64,000 nucleotides of DNA from Pachysolen tannophilus NRRL Y-2460 (Eukaryota): the NCBI GenBank assembly GCA_001661245.1, contig KV454011.1, positions 1,900,041 to 1,964,040 on the forward strand, in the 5' to 3' direction. Shown here piece by piece: positions 1 through 10,728 of the stretch. The notes beneath the pieces are model-generated. The model did no database searches, was not told the DNA's origin, and worked only from the letters and a program-made list of their open reading frames with translations. Made by a program: the position numbers and the translations under genes. Numbering within the stretch: the first letter of the stretch is position 1; the number at the start of each line of letters is the position of its first letter.

Positions 1-31
1 ATAAATAAAATAAATAAATAAAATAAATAGT

Positions 32-748
32 TTAAAAAATGCCAAACCATTTTTTCCTTTTGTCTTCTTCATAATTGAAGTTATCTGCAGTTACCAATAC
101 TGGCTCACTTTGTCTTAATGCCAGCAACTCTCTTTCCAGTTGAATTCTTTCAGCTTCCATCATTTGCTTCAGAGTTGGTTTTTGTAAAGCATACTCAGAC
201 TCATAATTTTCAACATCAATTGGAGCATCTGATACTGAAGAGTATTTACGTTCAAAAAAAGGTTTACTCCTTGGGTTAACTAAATCATCTATTTGTTGGT
301 CAGTTAAATTACCAGTTAAATATTGTTTTACTCTTAATTGAAATCTGTAACATTCACTAAACACATTATCAAACCCATCATTCCAACGATAAAACATTAT
401 TCCATATATGGAAATGCCAACAATAAGTACCCTACTTGCTAATTTCATTCCTGAGTTAAATCTTGCATTTGGATTAATACGACGTAATACTTTATATTTA
501 CCAGGATATAACTCTGATGGAGGACGAGGTGTATATTGTAAATTTTTCATTGTATGCCTTAATTTCGAATATTCAGTAGCATCTTTAGGAATTTCAGTAA
601 AAGTTGACTCTCTACCAGGTGCTTTAAACTCTGATGGATAACCTCCTGGTGGTCTTACATCTGTTATATCATATGGATTATAAGGCGCCTTTGGTTGAAC
701 CCAATTGGGCGGATTAGCTCTTCTATCCAAATCTTCATCTCCTTTCAT
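32..748 (-). CDS. Uncharacterised protein with one predicted transmembrane segment
   Basis: Long ORF. First ATG is at 748 (MKGDEDL...); the track starts at a non-ATG codon (766). Pro-rich N-terminus, hydrophobic segment VLIVGISIYGIMFY, C-terminus KKWFGIF. No family recognised. Confidence 0.7.
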   Translation of the reverse strand: MKGDEDLDRRANPPNWVQPKAPYNPYDITDVRPPGGYPSEFKAPGRESTFTEIPKDATEYSKLRHTMKNLQYTPRPPSELYPGKYKVLRRINPNARFNSGMKLASRVLIVGISIYGIMFYRWNDGFDNVFSECYRFQLRVKQYLTGNLTDQQIDDLVNPRSKPFFERKYSSVSDAPIDVENYESEYALQKPTLKQMMEAERIQLERELLALRQSEPVLVTADNFNYEEDKRKKWFGIF

Positions 749-1011
749 ACTGAATACTAAAATCAATCCTCTCTAACTAAAATGATCGATTCTAGATCTT
801 ATTTAATAATCTATAGGTTTCTATTTGGTTGTATTTAATTAATTAAATAAAGATTTTCAGCTTTTGCAAAAAAAAAAACCAAAAAAATAAATTTAAAAAA
901 AATAAAAATATTTATATAAATATTTATATATATTATATATACTAAAATATATTAATCTAAAGTTCCAAACACGTATCATAATATTGACACATTCATATGA
1001 TTGATCCTTAA

Positions 1012-2838
1012 ATGATGAATCCTTACCTTTCACTGTTCTTGTCCTTTTTTTCATTGGAAGCATTGGATTCGAGATTAGCTCCTAATTCCAATTTATCCAA
1101 GAGAGGTGCTATAATCAAATCAGCTCAACCTTCAAAATGGTCGACTTTAGAATTTAAAATTTATATGGTATTATTTATTATTTTTGTTCCGATGATGTAT
1201 AAGACAGCAATGGATGCATCGAATGAAACAAATAAGAATTATTATATATATGAAGGAATATTAAGTGATGGTTGGATTTTTGGAAGAAAAGTGGATAATT
1301 CAGATTCTCAATATAAATTTTTTAGAGATAATTTCCCACTGTTGGTTGGTTTAATGACAATTCATTCTTTATTAAGGCAATTATCTTTAATATTTAAGGT
1401 TGGAAGAAATAAATTTGATCTTGTATTTGGTTGTATCTTTTTATTTGCAGCTCATGGGTTTAATTCTATTCGAATATTATTACATTTAACAATTAATTAC
1501 GTATTAGGAAAATATATCACTAATAGAAAAGCTGCTAAACTTCTGACTTGGGCTTATGGAATATTGGCTCTTTTCATTAATGATAAATATGGGAATCTAA
1601 GATATGTTTATTTTTCACCAATCTTGGCTCCACTTGATAATTTTAGAGGTATTGTATCTAGATGGGATGTTTTTTTCAATTTCACCTTATTAAAAATGTT
1701 AAGTTTTAATTTTGATTATTTGAATAGAATGAATGAATTAGAGGCTGAAGTAAAGCAAAAATCTCTGCCTTCATCATCATCATTATCATCATCAAGGATA
1801 AATACTGAAGTAGAAGCTAAAACAAAAAATATTGGTGAAAAAAATCCAAATTTAGATCAAATAGATGGTGATAGTGGTAGCGAAGTTCAAAATAAATCAG
1901 AATTACAATCGGAAAAAATTTTTTTAAATGATAGAGAAAGATTGGATGCTCCTTTACAAATACCTGAATATAATATTTCAAATTATTTAGCATATATAAC
2001 GTATGCACCATTATTTATTGCAGGTCCTATAATTACTTTTAATGATTTTATTTATCAATCATATAATACTTTACCAACAATTAATAAGAAAAAAATTTTT
2101 CTTTATGCATTGAGATTAGGTTTTTGTATCTTAGTGATGGAATTTCTTTTACATTATATTTATGTTGTTGCTGTTTCAAAAGCAAAAGCTTGGCATGATG
2201 ATACTCCATTCCAAATTTCAATGATTGGATTATTTAATTTAAATATTATTTGGTTAAAACTTTTAATACCTTGGAGATTATTTAGATTATGGGCATTAAT
2301 TGATGGAATTGATACTCCTGAAAATATGATTAGATGTATGGATAATAATTATTCAGCAATGGCTTTTTGGAGAGCTTGGCATAGATCTTTTAATAGGTGG
2401 GTCATCAAATATATTTATGTTCCATTAGGAGGCTATAAATATCGAATTTTATCCTCTTTGTGTGTTTTTTCATTTGTAGCTATATGGCATGATATTGAAT
2501 TAAAATTATTAATATGGGGGTGGATGATTGTAATTTTTCTTTTACCAGAAATTTTAGCTAATAAATATCTTAATACACCATATTATAATTCAAAATGGTG
2601 GTTTAGACATTTATGCGGTGTTGGTGCTGTCCTCAATATATGGATGATGATGATTGCTAATTTGTTTGGATTTTGTCTTGGTAAAGATGGAACAATTATG
2701 TTTTTAAAACAAATCTTTGATACATGGGAAGGTATAAGATTTTTCATTATATCAAGTAGCTTATTATTTGTTGCAGTTCAAGTAATGTTTGAATTAAGAG
2801 AAGCTGAAAAGAGGAAAGGAATCAACGTAAGATGTTAG
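1012..2838 (+). CDS. GUP1: MBOAT-family membrane-bound O-acyltransferase (GPI anchor remodelling)
   Basis: [56 protein letters not shown] with the catalytic His, and C-terminal [15 protein letters not shown] are typical of Gup1. Confidence 0.95.
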   Translation: MMNPYLSLFLSFFSLEALDSRLAPNSNLSKRGAIIKSAQPSKWSTLEFKIYMVLFIIFVPMMYKTAMDASNETNKNYYIYEGILSDGWIFGRKVDNSDSQYKFFRDNFPLLVGLMTIHSLLRQLSLIFKVGRNKFDLVFGCIFLFAAHGFNSIRILLHLTINYVLGKYITNRKAAKLLTWAYGILALFINDKYGNLRYVYFSPILAPLDNFRGIVSRWDVFFNFTLLKMLSFNFDYLNRMNELEAEVKQKSLPSSSSLSSSRINTEVEAKTKNIGEKNPNLDQIDGDSGSEVQNKSELQSEKIFLNDRERLDAPLQIPEYNISNYLAYITYAPLFIAGPIITFNDFIYQSYNTLPTINKKKIFLYALRLGFCILVMEFLLHYIYVVAVSKAKAWHDDTPFQISMIGLFNLNIIWLKLLIPWRLFRLWALIDGIDTPENMIRCMDNNYSAMAFWRAWHRSFNRWVIKYIYVPLGGYKYRILSSLCVFSFVAIWHDIELKLLIWGWMIVIFLLPEILANKYLNTPYYNSKWWFRHLCGVGAVLNIWMMMIANLFGFCLGKDGTIMFLKQIFDTWEGIRFFIISSSLLFVAVQVMFELREAEKRKGINVRC

Positions 2839-2942
2839 ATTAGAAACAACAATGATGCATTAATTATATATATTTCAAAAAAAAAAAAAAAAAAAAACAA
2901 TTCAATTTAAATGAACAACTAGCTTAGCTCTATTTTTAATTT

Positions 2943-3632
2943 TTATTTATAAAATTTTTTATATTGACCTGGAGTCAAAACCAATTTTTGAAACCATAAC
3001 CCTTTTTTCTTTTTTTTAGCTTCTGCTTCCAACTCTCTATAAACTTGTTCCTTACCATCAAATTCTGCTGATGCCTTACCTTCATAAACAATTGCAACTC
3101 CATTTTTAATCATTTGTTCACTTACATCTTTCCAACCTGTAAACTTCCATACTAACACCTTACCAACAACACGTTGATATTGATCAATACTTAAAGGCTT
3201 CACCCAAACATTTTTCCCCAAAATATAATATCTTAACCATTCTAATGCTTCTTCACTAAAGGGCTGAGATGGTTTCCCAAAATGTGATCTTTCCGGTGCA
3301 TCAACTCCACATAATCTAACATGTATTGTCTTTTTCTTTAATTTTTTAAAATCATTCACCTTGGGAGTTAATCGAAGCCAATGCCAACCCAGTAACCTAC
3401 CCCCAGGTAAATGAAATAAATGAAAATTATCCCCATCTCCAACAGAAGTCACTTTACCATATATAAATTGTCTATGGAAATATTTCTGTGGTATCTGTGA
3501 TGATGAAGAAATTCTTCTAAAATTCGTACTATAAAACTTATAAGAACCAAGTATAGTCCCAGTTAATATACATGTCCCAATTATAATCTTGGGATGGAAA
3601 AATGAAATCTCCTCATGCCTCTTATTATCCAT
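2943..3632 (-). CDS. LCL3: Staphylococcal-nuclease-like endonuclease Lcl3
   Basis: GKVTSVGDGDNFHLFH.PGG, VRLCGVDAPE..HFG, DQYQRVV; N-terminal TM segment; first ATG at 3632. Neighbour of GUP1, as in S. cerevisiae. Confidence 0.92.
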   Translation of the reverse strand: MDNKRHEEISFFHPKIIIGTCILTGTILGSYKFYSTNFRRISSSSQIPQKYFHRQFIYGKVTSVGDGDNFHLFHLPGGRLLGWHWLRLTPKVNDFKKLKKKTIHVRLCGVDAPERSHFGKPSQPFSEEALEWLRYYILGKNVWVKPLSIDQYQRVVGKVLVWKFTGWKDVSEQMIKNGVAIVYEGKASAEFDGKEQVYRELEAEAKKKKKGLWFQKLVLTPGQYKKFYK

Positions 3633-3859
3633 TTCTTCACACCTTACTCTAAACTTCAATCCTCTTTGCTACTTCTTGGTTCAACTTGATTTGTATCATT
3701 AGAACTCTTCTGTTTACGTTTCCTTAATTGGGTTGTTTGCTAAAAAAACCCAAAAAATAATAATAATAATAAAAATAATAATAATTTTTAAAACATGATA
3801 TAAATTATAAAAGTTTTAAACATTGACAAAAATTATATCGATTACAGAGGAAATTCAAG

Positions 3860-4391
3860 ATGTCGAAGGTGTAAGTAGTTGATTGTCTTGATTGATTGAT
3901 TGATGAATTTGTTTTAATGGCATTGATTGTAAATTTATTGAAGTTTTAATGCTAACGATAAATTTTTTTTTTTTTTTTTTTTCAGCCCAAGAAATTTCAA
4001 GCTTTTAGAAGAGTTGGAGAAAGGAGAGAAAGGTCTCGGAGCTGAGTCATGTTCGTATGGTCTTAGAGATGCAGATGATATTACTATGACCCACTGGAAT
4101 GGGACTATATTGGGGCCACCAAACTCGAATCATGAAAATCGGATCTATTCTTTGACATTAACATGTGATGAAAATTATCCAGAAAAACCGCCTATAGTTA
4201 AATTTCATTCCAAGATCAATCTTCCTTGTGTCGATAGTAAAAAGGGTATTGTTGATCCTTCAAAGTTTCTGATCTTGGGAAACTGGAAGAGGTCTTACAA
4301 CATGGAAATAATCTTGTTGGAGTTGAGGAAAGAGATGGCTAATGGTATAAATAGAAAATTGCCACAACCAGCTGAAGGAACTACATTTTAA
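3860..4391 (+). CDS. MMS2: Ubiquitin-conjugating enzyme variant Mms2; join(3860..3870,3986..4391)
   Basis: Splicing gives MSKV|PRNFKLLEELEKGEKG...WNGTILGPP.S.HENRIYSL, the canonical Mms2/UEV N-terminus. Confidence 0.95.
3871..3985 (+). other. Spliceosomal intron in MMS2
   Basis: GTAAGT donor, TGCTAAC branch (3950-3956), poly-T tract, CAG acceptor; restores the reading frame. Confidence 0.95.
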
Positions 4392-4766
4392 GACATTGGT
4401 GAGAGTTGTGGTGTTGAATTAATTAGCATTTGGGTTTATTTCACTGCTTTTACTGGTTTTACTTTCTTTTTTACTTCTTCTTCTTCTTCTTCTTCTACTT
4501 TTGAATTACTTTGTGTCATAGAGATTGGTGCTGTTAAATTTAGCATTCATTCTTATATATCTGTATAGATTCTTTCCTACATTCTCATCACCGTTCCTGC
4601 CCATTCTAACTTTCCCATTTTCAATTTTCTTTTCAGTTCATTACTCTTTTGTCTCTTGGTTGTTTACCATTATGACAACCTTCTAACAATATATAGTTGT
4701 GTTTTCCTTTAATTTGGGAGTTTTTCAAAAAATAAAAAAAAAGTTTGTAGAACACCTAGCCTAATA

Positions 4767-5138
4767 CTAATCACTATGATTCATTTCATCTTGATAAACT
4801 TTTCTCATTATTTCATCAGCTTTTAAAAATTTTTCCAATAAATCATCACCACTTCCAGTCTGTTTTTGATAAAATTGGTTGAATTTAAAATAATCATTAC
4901 AAGTCTCATCTGTTATTTCTATAAGCTGATATCTCGGCTCAGTAGTTGTCTTATCCTTCGGCCTCAAACATCTTGTGAATAATCTCTTAAATGGTAAACA
5001 GATTATTTCTGATCCATTAAATGTACATTGATTTTGTATTAACGAATATAACGTACAATTTGCATCATCATCTTTTAAAAATTTCTTATAAGTATTATCA
5101 ATCTCTTTTTTTGAATAAACGGGTATTGGAGGTGACAT
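4767..5138 (-). CDS. SOM1: Mitochondrial inner-membrane peptidase subunit Som1
   Basis: MSPP start; C.L.SL.Q.QC.F.G.E.IC.PFKRLF.RC Cys pattern; E(I/V)TD motif; divergent from PCM1, as in S. cerevisiae. Confidence 0.88.
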   Translation of the reverse strand: MSPPIPVYSKKEIDNTYKKFLKDDDANCTLYSLIQNQCTFNGSEIICLPFKRLFTRCLRPKDKTTTEPRYQLIEITDETCNDYFKFNQFYQKQTGSGDDLLEKFLKADEIMRKVYQDEMNHSD

Positions 5139-5378
5139 ATTGACATCTCTATTTATTATCTTTTCTCTCTATATTCTATTTGTCTTTTCATTAATCATAT
5201 TCAAATCTTATTATAAAAAGTTTATTGAATTTTTCATAATTTCTATTTTGTTTTTGTATTTTATAATTTATTTAAATTTGAGTATTTTTTTTTTGTATTA
5301 TTTTATTTTTTATTTTGTTATTTTTAATTTTAAAAAATACAACAATTGAACGATATTTATAGAGACTGGAACTGGATC

Positions 5379-7010
5379 ATGATGGATCAGAAGATGTTAG
5401 AAGTCATCAGGTTAAATAGTTCAAAACATCCAAAGCCTGAGAGTTTGGAATTTAGTTATGGGACTGCTGGTTTCCGTATGTTGGCTAAAAATTTGGATTC
5501 TGTGGTATTTAGAGTTGGGTTATTGGCATCGTTGAGATCTAAAGCTTTGAATGGGAAAACTATAGGTATTATGATAACTGCGTCGCATAATCCACCTGAG
5601 GACAATGGTGTGAAGTTGGTAGATCCTATGGGTGAAATGTTGGATCAAAATTGGGAAGTTCACGCAACTGCATTATCCAATTGTAATAATGTTGAAGAAT
5701 TATGTAATTGTCTTGAACAAATTATTAGTTTTTTCAAAATTGATTTAACAACTTGTTCCAAGATTGTTATTGCTAGAGATTCTAGGGAATCAGGTTTAAA
5801 ATTGTTGGAATCAACGATTGATGGTTTAAAATCATTTAATACTGAATATCAAGATTTTGGATTATTAACTACACCTCAATTACATTATATAGTGAGATGT
5901 TCAAATGATATCTCATTTGGTGAACTGTCAGAAAATGGTTACTATAAGAAACTTTCAAATAGTTTTAATAATATTTTCCACTATGAGAATGAGAATGAGA
6001 ATGGAAAGGAAAATTCTACCAAAATTTGTGTTACCATTGATGCTGCAAATGGAATTGGTGCTGATAAGATTGTTAAACTAAGATCTTACTTGTCAGAATA
6101 TGTTCAATTGGAATTGGTTAATGATAAATTTATGGAACCTCAATTATTAAATGTACTGTGTGGTGCTGATTTTGTCAAGACAAATCAAAAATTACCAAAT
6201 GGTATAAATTCTTTTAATTTAAATACTTTATTTTGTTCATTTGATGGTGATGCAGATCGAATTGTATTTTATTATGTTGATTCTGATAAAGTTTTCAAAT
6301 TATTAGATGGTGATAAGATTGCAACATTATTTGCATTTTTTTTCAAAAAAATGTTAGCTTTTTTAGAACTTGATGTATCTATAGGTATTATTCAAACAGC
6401 ATATGCCAATGGTAGTTCTACAACATATATTGAAGATAATTTACAAATACCTGTGATTTTCACTCCTACAGGAGTGAAACATTTACATCATAAGGCTTTG
6501 GATTATGATGTTGGTATTTATTTTGAAGCTAATGGACATGGTACTGTTTTATTTTCTCAAAATTTTATAAAATCTGTTACAAATTATCAATCTAATAATA
6601 TTGAAAAAAAAAGAAGTATTAATATCTTAAAAGAAATTGTTAATTTGATTAATCAAACAGTTGGGGATGCTATATCAGATTTATTAGCAGTATTGGTGAT
6701 TTTAAATTTTTTCAAATTTAAACCTTCAGATTGGGATAGTAATTATAAAGATTTACCTAATAAACTATTAAAAGTAATAGTTAAAGATCGTACCATATTT
6801 AAAACAACAAATGCTGAAAGAAGTTTAGTCGAACCAAAGTTTTTACAATCCAAAATCGATCAATTGGTTAAATCTTATAACAAAAGTAGATCTTTTGTTA
6901 GAGCCAGTGGTACTGAAAATGCTGTTAGAGTCTATGCAGAAGCTCAAGACCCCAAAAGTTGTGACGAACTAGCTGATAAAGTCTCCGCCTTGGTTCAAGA
7001 ATATAGCTAG
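5379..7010 (+). CDS. PCM1: Phosphoacetylglucosamine mutase
   Basis: YGTAGFR, ITASHNP phosphoserine loop, SFDGDADR metal loop, YFEANGHGT, RSFVRASGTENAVRVYAEA. First ATG at 5379. Confidence 0.97.
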   Translation: MMDQKMLEVIRLNSSKHPKPESLEFSYGTAGFRMLAKNLDSVVFRVGLLASLRSKALNGKTIGIMITASHNPPEDNGVKLVDPMGEMLDQNWEVHATALSNCNNVEELCNCLEQIISFFKIDLTTCSKIVIARDSRESGLKLLESTIDGLKSFNTEYQDFGLLTTPQLHYIVRCSNDISFGELSENGYYKKLSNSFNNIFHYENENENGKENSTKICVTIDAANGIGADKIVKLRSYLSEYVQLELVNDKFMEPQLLNVLCGADFVKTNQKLPNGINSFNLNTLFCSFDGDADRIVFYYVDSDKVFKLLDGDKIATLFAFFFKKMLAFLELDVSIGIIQTAYANGSSTTYIEDNLQIPVIFTPTGVKHLHHKALDYDVGIYFEANGHGTVLFSQNFIKSVTNYQSNNIEKKRSINILKEIVNLINQTVGDAISDLLAVLVILNFFKFKPSDWDSNYKDLPNKLLKVIVKDRTIFKTTNAERSLVEPKFLQSKIDQLVKSYNKSRSFVRASGTENAVRVYAEAQDPKSCDELADKVSALVQEYS

Positions 7011-7189
7011 CTAACCTATAATATAAATCTACATCTACATCTACATCTACATCTAGATATCCATCTAGATATATCCAATAACTTTAGTTAATTCCTTTTC
7101 TATTCTATTCTCTTGTATTCTCCTGGAGTTATCGCACACTAAAAACCTGAAAAATTTTTTTTTTGCTTTCTCTTCTTTCTTTTTTTCAC

Positions 7190-7199
7190 CATGTGAAAA
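7190..7199 (+). promoter_or_regulatory. ICRE/UAS-INO-like E-box (CATGTGAAAA) upstream of POS5
   Basis: Exact match to the CATGTGAAA Ino2/Ino4 consensus, about 280 bp upstream of the POS5 ATG. Confidence 0.35.
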
Positions 7200-7470
7200 A
7201 TCAACTTTCAAATTGTGAAGGCTCATCAAGAAAAGTTTAGTAAAAGAAAAGTTCAACTTCCAACAAAGTTCAGGTATCTCTAATCATAGCAATTTATATT
7301 GGAAATATCTATGAAATTAAGCTTATTTTTTTGAAATTATAATTAAAAGAATTGTGATAATTTTTGTTAAAAGAAGAAAGCAGTGCGGGCCGAGCGCAAA
7401 ATAATAAATCTTATGTTTTAAAGATAACCTTTAAGTTATCACATTTGGACCTTAAATAATAATATTTGTG

Positions 7471-9162
7471 ATGAGATTAAACCCGATAATATTTTCGTTA
7501 AAGACGGTTCACCGGAACCATTTGCGGAAGTCAAGAGTGTTATCGCTGCTGCTACTGCTGCCATTGTTACTGCCTCCGGTGCTGCTTCCATCGCTGCTGC
7601 TGCTGCTGGTATCGCTGTTATCGCTGTTACCATTACCAATACCGTTATCGTTATCGTTAGTGTCAAAGACTCTGAGGAATATTTCCTTTACATTTTCAAA
7701 TCCGGTTTCCGCACCTATTACTATGTCAAGATCATCATATTCTACATCTACATCTTCATCACAACAGCAGAATATTAAAGATTTTTCAACACCAGAGGCA
7801 TCTCCTCAAAATAAAAATGTTAAGATAAAATCGGTACAAGATTTAAGATCAAGACAACTTCCTGAATATGTATCTTCTCCAACTTCAAAACTTCATAATT
7901 TAATCTGGACAGAGCCGATACAAAATGTATTTATTGTGAAAAAACCTTGGCAACCTCATGTTAGAGATGCAATGATTAAATTTATTTCATTTTTACATAA
8001 AAATTATCCATCTTGTAATGTTATAGTGGAACGGGATGTTGCTGATGAAATTTTATTGGATTTCCATTCTTTCCCATTAGATGGTAATGAACCACCTCAT
8101 GTCTTGTATACAGGTGAACCAAATGAGATCATTGGTAAGACTGATTTGTTGGTAACTTTAGGTGGAGATGGAACCATATTGAGAGGTGTGTCATTGTTTT
8201 CAAATACTGTTGTACCACCAGTTTTATCCTTTTCATTGGGTACTTTAGGTTTCCTTTTACCTTATGATTTTAGCCACCATGTTAGTGCTTTTAAAGAAGT
8301 TTATTCATCAAGGGCTAAGGCTTTACATAGAACTAGGGTTGAATGTCACATTGTGAAGGGTAATGAAAAACCTGAATCTTTGGAGAAACAGTTGAATAGT
8401 AAAAATCTTAAAGATAATGAAAGCAGTGCTGGGAGTATCAATAATATAACTAATATGACTAATAATAGTTTAAAAGATTTAATTGAGTTGACAAAGGAAC
8501 AAAAAGAAATTATTCATAAGAAAGAATTGAGGAATAAAAAAGTCCATGCAATGAACGATGTTGTTCTTCATCGTGGATCCTCTCCTAGCTTGGCTACTTT
8601 GGATATATATATTGATGGAGAATTTTTAACTGGCACCACTGGAGATGGTGTGGTTTTTGCAACACCAACTGGTTCCACTGCTTATTCTTTATCTTCTGGT
8701 GGATCAATTGTTAATCCATTGGTTCCTAGTATATTACTTACACCTATATGTCCCAGATCTCTTTCTTTTAGACCATTGATTTTACCTTCTACTACACATA
8801 TAATGGTTAAAATAGGTTCTAAAAATAATTCTCAATCTTCTGTGAAACTTTCGATAGATGGAGTTTCACAAACTCATTTATCAAAAGGTGATGAAATCCA
8901 TGTTATAAGTGAGACTGGAACAATATATTTACCTCATCTGAAGCGTCCTTTGGATAACGATTTTGAAAGAGAAAGATTAGAAGAAGAAGAATTTGTAGAT
9001 ATTCGGAAAAAACTGCAAACTGTTGATAGAAATAAATATAAAGGTATATGGTGCATTGCTAAAAGTGAAAATGATTGGGTTAGAGGTATTAATGAGCTAT
9101 TAGGTTTTAACTCTGGGTTTAAAGGTTTCAACAGAACAGAGGTGGATACAAATCCCGAATGA
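7471..9162 (+). CDS. POS5: Mitochondrial NADH/NAD kinase
   Basis: LVTLGGDGTIL, PPVLSFSLGTLGFL, AMNDVVLHRG, TPTGSTAYSLSSGG, TPICPRSLSFRPLILP, W..GINELLGFNS; basic presequence-like N-terminus. Confidence 0.93.
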   Translation: MRLNPIIFSLKTVHRNHLRKSRVLSLLLLLPLLLPPVLLPSLLLLLVSLLSLLPLPIPLSLSLVSKTLRNISFTFSNPVSAPITMSRSSYSTSTSSSQQQNIKDFSTPEASPQNKNVKIKSVQDLRSRQLPEYVSSPTSKLHNLIWTEPIQNVFIVKKPWQPHVRDAMIKFISFLHKNYPSCNVIVERDVADEILLDFHSFPLDGNEPPHVLYTGEPNEIIGKTDLLVTLGGDGTILRGVSLFSNTVVPPVLSFSLGTLGFLLPYDFSHHVSAFKEVYSSRAKALHRTRVECHIVKGNEKPESLEKQLNSKNLKDNESSAGSINNITNMTNNSLKDLIELTKEQKEIIHKKELRNKKVHAMNDVVLHRGSSPSLATLDIYIDGEFLTGTTGDGVVFATPTGSTAYSLSSGGSIVNPLVPSILLTPICPRSLSFRPLILPSTTHIMVKIGSKNNSQSSVKLSIDGVSQTHLSKGDEIHVISETGTIYLPHLKRPLDNDFERERLEEEEFVDIRKKLQTVDRNKYKGIWCIAKSENDWVRGINELLGFNSGFKGFNRTEVDTNPE

Positions 9163-9302
9163 TAAAATTTTTTAAATATATAAAAATTGCTTAATTTTCA
9201 TAGAAAATATTAAAAAGTTAATAAACAAGTTTGTTTGATTTTTTATTTCGATATATAAAATAATAAAAAGATCCCTTTGATTTTTTTTTTTCAGACAAAA
9301 CC

Positions 9303-10409
9303 CTAAACCAATAACCCACCAGCCACTCCTGTCTCTGTATTCTCTGATTCATTGTACAGATTCATATATTCCTGTTGTTGTTGTTTTCTTTGTCTTCTAT
9401 AAGTCATCAATTCTTCGTAAAGTTGATTTTGAATTTTTGAATTTTGTTGTAATTTGTGATAAATATCTTCATTAACTTCAAAATTCAAGCCTTGCAGATA
9501 AGTTATATCCAAGTTATTCCCATTATCCCGTACCTGTATAGGTAATAACCATTCTCTCCATGTTGTACCCATAACTGTTTGTAAATTTTTTTTCCAACCT
9601 AAATCAAAAATATTACCCATTTCATCGGAATTGGGTACTTCTGGGTAAGGAACATTTGATCTTGTCTTTTTGGTAAAATTTGTTCTATAGCGTTGGAAAT
9701 CATAAGATTCAATAGTTGTTTGGTTTTTAAGTACTTGATATACGGTAAAACCTGCAAATACACCCACACTTATAAAAATTGTTAGTGATAATATAAATAA
9801 GAACAAATAATTTAATGAAAAGTAATTTTCCAAATATTCTTCATTTGTGAAAAATTTGTACAGAAGCTCTCCTGTCACTATTAAACCAAATGAAGAATAT
9901 AAAACTGAATAAATTAAAAACTGGATAAAATATTTGACATTTTTAAAACCAATACAAGTTGCAAACCAGGGGCAATGATGATCCATTTTTAAAACACATT
10001 TTTGACATGAAGAACAATGATGACATCTATCTGGTTTCCATACCCTACACTTATTACAATATCTAAAGCTACCATCATTTCTCACTGTTAAACTTTTGTT
10101 CAACAAAAAAGAAGGAGGTACAACAGCTTCATTTTCTTCAGGTGTCCCATCAACGAGCCTCAATTCTTGAAAATCTAATGGAGATCCGCCTCCAACTAAA
10201 ACCACCATATAATAAGAATACAACCCAATTACAGCGAAGTAAAGCGCTATAATAAAAACCAAAAACAGACTATACCCTTGTAAGCACTTGAGTGGAATAT
10301 CAATAGCCAACACATAGCCCGACCATACGTATAACGAAGAACAAAAAGCCTTTGGAAAAGTGGATGCCAAAGTACAGCAACATTTCTCTACTTTATATAG
10401 TACAGCCAT
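9303..10409 (-). CDS. PFA3: DHHC palmitoyltransferase Pfa3
   Basis: C..C..WKPDRCHHCSSC..CVLKMDHHCPW..CIGF.N.K.F.QFL, N.TTIE, NIFDLG..NL..VMG..WLLP; N-terminal CC.LA..FPK.F. Confidence 0.88.
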   Translation of the reverse strand: MAVLYKVEKCCCTLASTFPKAFCSSLYVWSGYVLAIDIPLKCLQGYSLFLVFIIALYFAVIGLYSYYMVVLVGGGSPLDFQELRLVDGTPEENEAVVPPSFLLNKSLTVRNDGSFRYCNKCRVWKPDRCHHCSSCQKCVLKMDHHCPWFATCIGFKNVKYFIQFLIYSVLYSSFGLIVTGELLYKFFTNEEYLENYFSLNYLFLFILSLTIFISVGVFAGFTVYQVLKNQTTIESYDFQRYRTNFTKKTRSNVPYPEVPNSDEMGNIFDLGWKKNLQTVMGTTWREWLLPIQVRDNGNNLDITYLQGLNFEVNEDIYHKLQQNSKIQNQLYEELMTYRRQRKQQQQEYMNLYNESENTETGVAGGLLV

Positions 10410-10728
10410 CTAATAGAACTTATACCATATGCCTCACAAAAAAAAACACACACACAACAACAACAACAACAACTCTTCAAGCTCAATAAGACGAAAACTA
10501 TCTCCTGAATATCAACTTTTGTCGTCTTGATTATATTTTATTAATAAATTTGTATAATCTTTTATTTTATTATAATATGTTTACCATTTCAAAAGCCTTG
10601 AAGTTTCCATTTTCGTTTCTTGACATTTTGGTGTTTTCAATTTTTTTTTATTTTATATATATTTGAACTCGTCAAAGAACAACAAAAAACGAACTTAACT
10701 AGTTGATATTGCTACAAGAGTAGATAAT

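Noticed and set aside
5140..5349. Hydrophobic 69-aa ORF (also 26799-27280 and 53280-53672)
   Set aside because: Translation of T-rich intergenic or UTR sequence; no family features, mostly non-ATG starts.
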